IMG/VR virus record: IMGVR_UViG_3300016666_000162
Coordinates: 1 to 51,777 of that record
Reading direction: 5' to 3' (one strand)
DNA length: 51,777 nt
Source of the DNA: a virus
Lineage: Duplodnaviria > Caudoviricetes
The notes under the pieces are model-generated. The model made no database searches. It was not told where the DNA came from and saw only the letters and a list, made by a program, of their open reading frames with translations. Position numbers and translations under genes: made by a program. Shown here one piece after another: positions 45,214 through 51,777 of this stretch (within the stretch, counting starts at the first letter, position 1; the number at the start of each line of letters is the position of its first letter).

Positions 45214-46860
45214 ATGAACGCAGTAGCCACCCCGGCATACGGGGAACTGATCGACGACGCGTCCGAGTTCTTTGCTCCGATGGCGAGCGACCTAATTGAC
45301 GGCCTGCTGGGCCAGTACAACGTCGCGCGACGGAACATTGAAGCCATGGCCGCTGCGGTCAGCGATCCGCAGCATGCCAGCGTGCTGCACTACTTTATCA
45401 GCGGCAACGTCGAAGAGCAGTGCTATAGCATCCCGTCGACCGTCGAGGCCCTGTTCAAGCTGGACGGCGCCATGGGTCAGCTCAACGGCGATTTCTGGAA
45501 TAGGGCTCTGCGCCTGACCGACGTCATCGACTATATGCCGCAGAAGCGACGCGAAGAGTGGCACGAGCAGATCCGGAACCCGCTGGGACGGAAGAAAAAC
45601 AAGCACAGTCAGAAAGCTGAGCTGCCGGCGCTGCCAGACTTCGAAGAGGACACCGTGCGCGGCACGCTGTCGGGTCTGCTGGCGAGCCGGCACAAGTTCC
45701 TGGCCGAGCGTGTCGACGGCATCTTTCGCGCTCTTAGCCGGACCCACGTTACTAACCGGCCAGAAGGCTTCAGCAAGCGCATGATCATCGCGGGCGTGCA
45801 CAGCTATGGCACCTCCGGCCAGATCAATGACCTGCGTTGCGTCATTGCAAAATTCATGGGCCGCGACGAGCCGAAGCATGGCGCAACTGATCCAGTCATC
45901 AAGGCTGCCGGCCGGCACAACGGCGAGTGGATGGCGATCGATGGCAATTCGATGCGCATCCGCGTCTACGGCGGCGTAGGCACCGCGCACCTCGAAGTGC
46001 ACCCTGAGATGTCGTGGCGCCTGAACGCGATCCTTGCCAGCTTGTACCCGGCGGCGATCCCTTCGCAGTTTCGCGAGAAGCCGAAGAGCCGCAAAAAGGT
46101 CAAAGACTTCGAGTTGTTCGACAAGCCGCTGCCGCATGCGGTGATTGCGATGCTGGCGGAAATGCGAGACGTGCGAGAGCGTGTTTTGCCTGAGTGGCCG
46201 GAGCGCCACATCGACGTGCCGACGGCAAAAAGCTTTGGCTACGGCGAGAAGGACAAGGCCGCCCAGGCCGAAGCAGAGAAAGTGCTGGTGGCAATCGGAG
46301 CGGTGAAGGTAAAGCACTATTGGCAGTTCGACTATCACCCAGGCGAAGTGCTTGACCAGATTGTTTGCTCTGGATGCATTCCAGACCAGAAGTCGCACCA
46401 GTTCTACCCAACCCCTGAAAGCGTCGCACTGGCAGCTATCGAACTTGCCGGCATCCAGCCAGGCCACCAATGTTTGGAGCCAAGCGCTGGGCTTGGCGGC
46501 TTAGCTGACATGATGCCGAAGGGCAACACCGTGTGCGTTGAGATCAGCGCACTACATTGCGAAGTGCTCAAGGCCAAAGGTCACTATGTCGAGTGTGCCG
46601 ACTTCTTACAGTGGAATGTCACTGGCAAATACGACCGCATCGTAATGAATCCTCCGTTCAGTGAGGGCCGATGGCAGGCTCACCTTGAGCATGCTTCATC
46701 GATGCTAAAGCTGGGCGGGCGATTGGTTGCGGTGCTGCCAGCCAGCGCAAAAGGAAAGGAATTGCTCCCAGGACTCACCCATGAGTGGACGCAGATCTAC
46801 AGCAATGAGTTTTCTGGGACCAGCGTCTCGGTAGTGATTCTCACCGCCTACTCCGCATAA
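45214..46860 (+). CDS. DUF4942-type protein with C-terminal DNA amino-methyltransferase domain
   Basis: QFYPTP, LEPSAGLG (motif I), MNPPF (motif IV), GTAHLE. Confidence 0.85.
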   Translation: MNAVATPAYGELIDDASEFFAPMASDLIDGLLGQYNVARRNIEAMAAAVSDPQHASVLHYFISGNVEEQCYSIPSTVEALFKLDGAMGQLNGDFWNRALRLTDVIDYMPQKRREEWHEQIRNPLGRKKNKHSQKAELPALPDFEEDTVRGTLSGLLASRHKFLAERVDGIFRALSRTHVTNRPEGFSKRMIIAGVHSYGTSGQINDLRCVIAKFMGRDEPKHGATDPVIKAAGRHNGEWMAIDGNSMRIRVYGGVGTAHLEVHPEMSWRLNAILASLYPAAIPSQFREKPKSRKKVKDFELFDKPLPHAVIAMLAEMRDVRERVLPEWPERHIDVPTAKSFGYGEKDKAAQAEAEKVLVAIGAVKVKHYWQFDYHPGEVLDQIVCSGCIPDQKSHQFYPTPESVALAAIELAGIQPGHQCLEPSAGLGGLADMMPKGNTVCVEISALHCEVLKAKGHYVECADFLQWNVTGKYDRIVMNPPFSEGRWQAHLEHASSMLKLGGRLVAVLPASAKGKELLPGLTHEWTQIYSNEFSGTSVSVVILTAYSA

Positions 46861-46904
46861 CTCACCCACTCTACCGTCCGGGCATGGCCCGGCAAGGACT
46901 CCCC

Positions 46905-47216
46905 GTGAAACGGATTTACCTGAGCGGCCCCATGACAGGCCTGCCCGGCCTCAACTTCGCCGCCTTCCACGCCATGACCACCAACCTGCGCGCCGGCGGA
47001 CACACCGTCACAAACCCCGCCGAGATCAACCCCGACGGCGGCACCTGGAACGACTGTATGCGCCGCGACATTGCAGCCCTGATGGACTGTGACACCGTCG
47101 CCACCTTGCCCGGCTGGGAGCATTCAAAGGGTGCCCGCCTGGAAGTCCTGATCGCCGAACGCCTCGGCATGACGGTTGTGAATGCCCATGATCTGGTAAC
47201 GAGGGAGATCGCGTGA
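46905..47216 (+). CDS. DUF4406 / nucleoside-deoxyribosyltransferase-like protein
   Basis: IYLSGPMTG, NPAE, LPGWEHSKGARLE. Confidence 0.85.
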   Translation: MKRIYLSGPMTGLPGLNFAAFHAMTTNLRAGGHTVTNPAEINPDGGTWNDCMRRDIAALMDCDTVATLPGWEHSKGARLEVLIAERLGMTVVNAHDLVTREIA

Positions 47217-47560
47217 TGAGCAAGCCAATTCAAACGGTTGAAGAACTGGACGCGGTGCTGCACTGGCGCGGCAAGCACGCGCTAGCGATCAAAGAGCGAG
47301 ACGCCCTGCAACAGCGCCTGACCGCAGCGGATGAGCGGAACGACAATAGAGATTCTGAAATCTTCGCGCAGGTACAGAGCGCCCTTCGCAGATCGTTTTC
47401 TCTCGGCCAAATCTATTGGCAGCAGGCTGATTCAGATTCGACATGTCAGCAGAACAAGTCCGATCAAACGATGGAGACTCAGGAGCAGCATATTTTGAAT
47501 GTGCTGAAGTCGGTAGGCGCCGCACTCAAGCCAGCAGAGGGTGGTGGCGATGAAAATTGA
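47213..47560 (+). CDS. Hypothetical protein
   Basis: Coupled ORF with short coiled coil ERDALQQRLTAADER. Confidence 0.7.
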   Translation: MMSKPIQTVEELDAVLHWRGKHALAIKERDALQQRLTAADERNDNRDSEIFAQVQSALRRSFSLGQIYWQQADSDSTCQQNKSDQTMETQEQHILNVLKSVGAALKPAEGGGDEN

Positions 47561-47708
47561 AGTTCACTGCGAATGGCCCAACGGATCAGAGACTGTCGAG
47601 TTTTAAATGGACGACGACAGTTCGCCCGAGGACATCGAGAAAGCTGCCGAAGAGGCTTTCTTCAATACCTGCAACTACGGCTGGTCGATTGATGGAGTTC
47701 ATCAATGA
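47550..47708 (+). pseudogene. Small acidic gene interrupted by an in-frame TAA
   Basis: MKIEVHCEWPNGSETVEF*MDDDSSPEDIEKAAEEAFFNTCNYGWSIDGVHQ*; TAA at 47604-47606. Confidence 0.55.
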
Positions 47709-47822
47709 AATCCCAACTCCCCGCCTACTGCTGGTGCCTGCTGGCACTGGCACAACTGATTTGCTGAAACCTCTGTAACCCCCCCCCCTTCAAAGTCAGC
47801 CGCTATAGCGGCAAGGATACCT

Positions 47823-48221
47823 ATGCGCCTGAAGAAAGCTGAGCGCGAGCAAGTGCGCCTGAAGTATGGCGGGCACTGCGCCTACTGCGGGGTGCTGCTG
47901 GGCGACCGATGGCACGCCGACCATCTTGCGCCGGTAGTGCGTGAGCTGCTGTCCAAGCAGACCGCCGCCGGCGCTTGGAAGCTGGTCTCCGGCAAGCCGC
48001 TACGCCCTGAGCATGACGTGCTGGAGAACATGATGCCGGCCTGCGCGCCCTGCAACATTAGTAAGGGCGGCCAGACGCTGGAAGGTTGGCGCAGCTGGAT
48101 CGCAAGACACGTCGAGTCGCTGAACAACTACACACCAATTTACCGCCTGGCCAAGGCATATGGCCTGATCGCCGAGACTGGCGCGCCGGTGGTGTTCTAC
48201 TTCGAAAAGGTGACCCCGTGA
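47823..48221 (+). CDS. HNH endonuclease
   Basis: GHCAYCG, ADH, ENMMPACAPCNISK. Confidence 0.88.
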   Translation: MRLKKAEREQVRLKYGGHCAYCGVLLGDRWHADHLAPVVRELLSKQTAAGAWKLVSGKPLRPEHDVLENMMPACAPCNISKGGQTLEGWRSWIARHVESLNNYTPIYRLAKAYGLIAETGAPVVFYFEKVTP

Positions 48222-48925
48222 GCGAAATCAAAGAACGCCCCATCCTGTTCTCGGCGCCGATGGTGCGCGCCATCCTGGAAGGCCGGAAGACGGTCACGCG
48301 GCGGCCAGTGAAGATTCAGCCCCGCTCGAAAGCCGATATCGGCAGCTATGGCCTGGGCCAGCCCTTCATTCGCAACCCTGATGTGACCAAGCCTAACCCG
48401 GAATGCCCCTACGGACGGCCCGGCGACCGGTTGTGGGTGCGCGAGACCTGGGGCGTTATCAGTCACGACTTCGATGAGCATGGAAACATGATTGATTGGG
48501 AGCCTGATCGACCGGCCTCGCCAATTCGCGAAATGCGCTTCGGTCAGGGCTACTACTCAGGGCACGTAATCTACCGTGCCGACGGCGAAGCGGTATGGGC
48601 CGGTGACGATGACGGCGGCGGGGATGATCGCTCCGCCTGGAAGCCAAGCATCCACATGCCTCGTGTCGCCAGCCGCATCCTGCTGGAGATCACCGACGTG
48701 CGCGTCGAGCGGTTGCAGGACATCAGCGAAGAGCAGGCCAAGGCCGAGGGCGTGCGGCTGTACACCGATCATGCCGAACTGGGTGACTGGTGGCACGTCG
48801 ATGGGATCGAGACCTACAGCGCTGATCCTCGAAAGTCTTTTGAGCTGCTCTGGTCATCCGTCGGCGGCAACTGGAACGCCAACCCGTGGGTCTGGGTGGT
48901 CGAGTTCAAGCGGGTGACGCCATGA
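48218..48925 (+). CDS. ASCH/PUA-like phage protein
   Basis: PILFSAPMVRAILEGRKTVTRR, GDRLWVRETW, WKPSIHMPR, NPWVWVVEF. Confidence 0.8.
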   Translation: MSEIKERPILFSAPMVRAILEGRKTVTRRPVKIQPRSKADIGSYGLGQPFIRNPDVTKPNPECPYGRPGDRLWVRETWGVISHDFDEHGNMIDWEPDRPASPIREMRFGQGYYSGHVIYRADGEAVWAGDDDGGGDDRSAWKPSIHMPRVASRILLEITDVRVERLQDISEEQAKAEGVRLYTDHAELGDWWHVDGIETYSADPRKSFELLWSSVGGNWNANPWVWVVEFKRVTP

Positions 48926-48974
48926 TCGCCACCCTCTGGTTCGCCTACGTCTTCATCTACAAGGGGCCAAGGCC

Positions 48975-50345
48975 ATGACACAGCATCGCGTTTTGATCGG
49001 CGACTGCATTGAGTCGATGCGGTCGCTGCCTGACAACAGTATCGACAGCGTGGTAACCGATCCTCCCTACGGTATTCGCTTCATGGGCAAGAGTTGGGAT
49101 GGCCAAGACATCGAGGCTCGAGCCGCTTACCGGGCCAGCATGCCTTCACATGCTTCGGCCTGCGGCCCCAATGGCGGCCACAGGTCGGTGGCTGCAGAGG
49201 CCGGCAAGTACGACCTGACACCGGCGGGCATGCGCGCTTTCCAGGCCTTCACGCTGGAGTGGGCCACCGAATGCCTGAGAGTACTCAAGCCTGGCGGTCA
49301 CCTACTGTCATTCGCGGCCGCGCGCACTTACCACCACATGGCAGTTGGGATTGAAATGGCCGGGTTTGAGATCCGCGACCAGATCATGTGGGTGTTTGGC
49401 TCAGGCTTCCCGAAGTCGCACAATCTGAAGGGCGATCGTGCTGGATGGGGTACCGCGCTGAAGCCAGCGCACGAACCAATCTGCATGGCGCGCAAGCCGT
49501 TCTCAGGAACGGTCGCATCGAACGTTGCCGAGCACGGTACCGGGGCCCTAAACATCGATGCTTGCCGTGTAGACCCTACAGGCGATCGGCTCGGCGGCGG
49601 CGATGAGAGCGGAAAAGTGTCCAAGCCGGAAGGCTGGGTGAGGCCCTGGATGCATGACGCAGAACACGTAGCGGCCCACGGCAAAAAAGTAACCGCCAAT
49701 GTCGACAAGGCCAGTTGCCGGGGTAGATGGCCGGCAAATCTGATACATGATGGAAGTGATGCCGTGCTGGCCATGTTCCCAGACGCACCTGGCCAGCTCG
49801 CCGCCGCCAGCACCAGCGACACCCAGCGGGCCGGGCAGAACTGCTATGGCACAATGAAACGCGGACGGGCCACTGAAGCAAGTGCCGACAGCGAGAATAA
49901 CGGCATTGTTGGTTTTCAGATGAAGCCCGGCGATCGCCGCCTGGATACCGGCAGCGCCGCCAGATTCTTCTACTGTGCAAAGACCAGCCGCACCGACCGG
50001 CACGAAGGGATGGTCAACCCGGGCCCCCAATTCAAGATGGGCACCACCCTACGTAAAGTCGAGACGACCGACACCAAGGGCAACAACCACCCTACCGTTA
50101 AGCCGACCGACCTCATGGCGTACCTATGCCGGCTGGTTACTCCGCCGGGAGGCGTAGTGCTGGATCCATTCATGGGCAGCGGCAGCACCGGCAAAGCAGC
50201 AATGCGCGAGGGCTTCGAGTTCATCGGCTGCGAGATTGATGAGCAGTACGCGGCGATCGCCCGGGCGCGCATCGAATTCGAAGTACTCCGCCAGCAAGAG
50301 CAGAAAGTCGAATCCGACCAACTCGATCTGTTCGCAACAGCATAA
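48975..50345 (+). CDS. DNA methyltransferase, N6-A/N4-C, beta class
   Basis: DPPY (motif IV) precedes HPTVKP and LDPFMGSGST (motif I). Confidence 0.92.
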   Translation: MTQHRVLIGDCIESMRSLPDNSIDSVVTDPPYGIRFMGKSWDGQDIEARAAYRASMPSHASACGPNGGHRSVAAEAGKYDLTPAGMRAFQAFTLEWATECLRVLKPGGHLLSFAAARTYHHMAVGIEMAGFEIRDQIMWVFGSGFPKSHNLKGDRAGWGTALKPAHEPICMARKPFSGTVASNVAEHGTGALNIDACRVDPTGDRLGGGDESGKVSKPEGWVRPWMHDAEHVAAHGKKVTANVDKASCRGRWPANLIHDGSDAVLAMFPDAPGQLAAASTSDTQRAGQNCYGTMKRGRATEASADSENNGIVGFQMKPGDRRLDTGSAARFFYCAKTSRTDRHEGMVNPGPQFKMGTTLRKVETTDTKGNNHPTVKPTDLMAYLCRLVTPPGGVVLDPFMGSGSTGKAAMREGFEFIGCEIDEQYAAIARARIEFEVLRQQEQKVESDQLDLFATA

Positions 50346-50394
50346 CCCCAATCCCCCTACATGCCTGCCGGTGAGCGGCGGGCGAGGTATTCCT

Positions 50395-50607
50395 ATGGAC
50401 AGTATTCATTTCCTGTCGCACGAAGAGGTATGCACCCTTACCGGTGCAAGAACGAAAGCAGGCCAGGTGCAGGTTCTCAAAAGAAACGGAATTCGCCACA
50501 CCATCAAGCGCAGCGGTTGGCCTTGCGTCATCGCCAACGCCCTTACCGGCGAACCGGTCGCAGCATCAGCAGAAAAACCAAAATGGCAGCCACGCCTGGT
50601 GAGTTAA
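50395..50607 (+). CDS. Excisionase (DUF4224-like)
   Basis: FLSHEEVCTLTG-Q-LKRNGI-GWP; abuts the integrase. Confidence 0.8.
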   Translation: MDSIHFLSHEEVCTLTGARTKAGQVQVLKRNGIRHTIKRSGWPCVIANALTGEPVAASAEKPKWQPRLVS

Positions 50608-51642
50608 ATGGGAAGGAAGCCAACAAACCCTGATAGCGTCACACGCCTCAGGAAGCGCAAGCAGCGCAGCGGGACAATTTATTACTACTACGACCTCGGG
50701 GGCACGCCTAGGAAAGAGATCGCCCTGGGCAGCGATTATGGAATGGCTATCGTGGAGTACGCGAAGCTCGAGAAGAGCCGCGCATCCTCGGCCTTGGTAC
50801 AGGACGTACTCACCTTTGCCTACGTCGCGAACATCTACATGCTCGAGGTGGTGCCCACCAAAGGATTAGCCACGCAGAAGGATAACGCCAGAGAGCTAAA
50901 GCAACTGTTGAAGTTCTTCGACGATCCGCCGGCACCGCTGGAAGCGATTGAGCCGCAACACGTCGTACAGTACCTGCGCCAGCGCGGCAAGACGGCGCCA
51001 GTGCGCGCCAATCGCGAAAAGGCGTTACTTAGCGCCATCTGGAACTTTGCCCGGAGCAGCGGCTATACGGCCTTGGCCAACCCGTGCGCCGGCGTGAAGG
51101 GGCACAAGGAATCGGGCCGCGACCAGTACATTGAGGACGAGATGTTCGCCCTGGTGTACCAGCACGCCGAACAGCCGCTGCGGGATGCGCTTGATCTGTT
51201 CTATCTGACCGGCCAGCGAATAGCAGACACGCTAAAAATGGATGAGCGAGACATACGCGACAATAGGCTGGCCGTGAAGCAAGGAAAAACGAATGCCAAA
51301 AGGAGGATTGAGATAACGGGCGAGCTGAAGGTGGTGATTGATCGAATCATGTCCAGGAAGGATGGGCACAAGATCCGCACCAGCAGGCTCATCGTTATGG
51401 ATAACGGGCAGCCAATGACCAGCAGCATGTTGCGAGGGAGGTTTGACGCGGCCCGTGAGGCGGCCGGTGTTGAGAAAGGAGACTTTCAGATGCGCGATCT
51501 GCGCGCAAAAGCTGGCACTGACAAAGCAGAATCCAGCGGTGACATCCTGCAGGCTCGCGACCAACTTGGGCACACAACTGTCGTCATGACAGAGAACTAC
51601 ATCCGTAAGAGGATCGGCAAGAAGGTCACTCCGACGAGGTAA
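50608..51642 (+). CDS. int: Tyrosine integrase
   Basis: TGQR, KQGKT, RDLR, QLGH and catalytic Y (TENYIR); next to att. Confidence 0.93.
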   Translation: MGRKPTNPDSVTRLRKRKQRSGTIYYYYDLGGTPRKEIALGSDYGMAIVEYAKLEKSRASSALVQDVLTFAYVANIYMLEVVPTKGLATQKDNARELKQLLKFFDDPPAPLEAIEPQHVVQYLRQRGKTAPVRANREKALLSAIWNFARSSGYTALANPCAGVKGHKESGRDQYIEDEMFALVYQHAEQPLRDALDLFYLTGQRIADTLKMDERDIRDNRLAVKQGKTNAKRRIEITGELKVVIDRIMSRKDGHKIRTSRLIVMDNGQPMTSSMLRGRFDAAREAAGVEKGDFQMRDLRAKAGTDKAESSGDILQARDQLGHTTVVMTENYIRKRIGKKVTPTR

Positions 51643-51755
51643 ATTCTGCACCGCAATAATTTTAACCCCCTTGAAAACAAAGGCCTGCAAGGGAGGTAAA
51701 ATTTGCCCATAGCGGTGCAGAATAGGCACTAACTTGTTGTATTTAAAAGAATACC

Positions 51756-51777
51756 TTGCGGACTTAAAATCCCCCGC
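51756..51777 (+). repeat. att core, right copy of 22-bp direct repeat
   Basis: Identical to 1-22. Confidence 0.9.

Larger units (their letters stand above)
1..51777. mobile_element. Complete temperate lambdoid siphovirus-type prophage/phage genome targeting tRNA-Leu
   Basis: Terminal att repeats, integrase/excisionase, cI/cro switch, replication, packaging, head, non-contractile tail and lysis modules all present. Confidence 0.95.

Noticed and set aside
47557-47778. 73-aa ORF-track call
   Set aside because: Better explained by the interrupted 47550 frame plus the 47705 micro-ORF, which show normal coupling

Overview
The window is an apparently complete ~51.8 kb temperate lambdoid siphophage/prophage, Pseudomonas-like by gene content. 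It is bounded by a 22-bp direct repeat (TTGCGGACTTAAAATCCCCCGC at 1-22 and 51756-51777) in the anticodon arm of a tRNA-Leu(TAA), whose 3' half is at 1-62. The minus strand, read right to left, carries cro and CII-region genes, a Rha/KilAC antirepressor, an initiator with iterons, DnaB, the nin region, a Q-like antiterminator, holins, an HslV-like protein, terminase, portal, head, neck and lambda-type tail genes, then endolysin and spanins. The plus strand carries cI, the early-left operon (ERF, YqaJ exonuclease, two methyltransferases, HNH nucleases), excisionase and tyrosine integrase. The main unexplained signals are: (1) an element with identical 16- and 15-bp arms and a variable 8-bp spacer, present twice 8.6 kb apart; (2) a 3x heptad insertion in tail tip J together with a T4 gp9/10-like fibre placed between M and L; (3) an SGNH esterase inside the head-neck module; (4) two SOS-box-like sites in front of orphan genes; (5) a probable sar/OOP-like antisense RNA and three hairpin-dense non-coding regions; (6) a ninG 3' remnant kept as a coupling minigene after an HNH-AP2 insertion. 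All calls come from motif reading and synteny; no searches were run.
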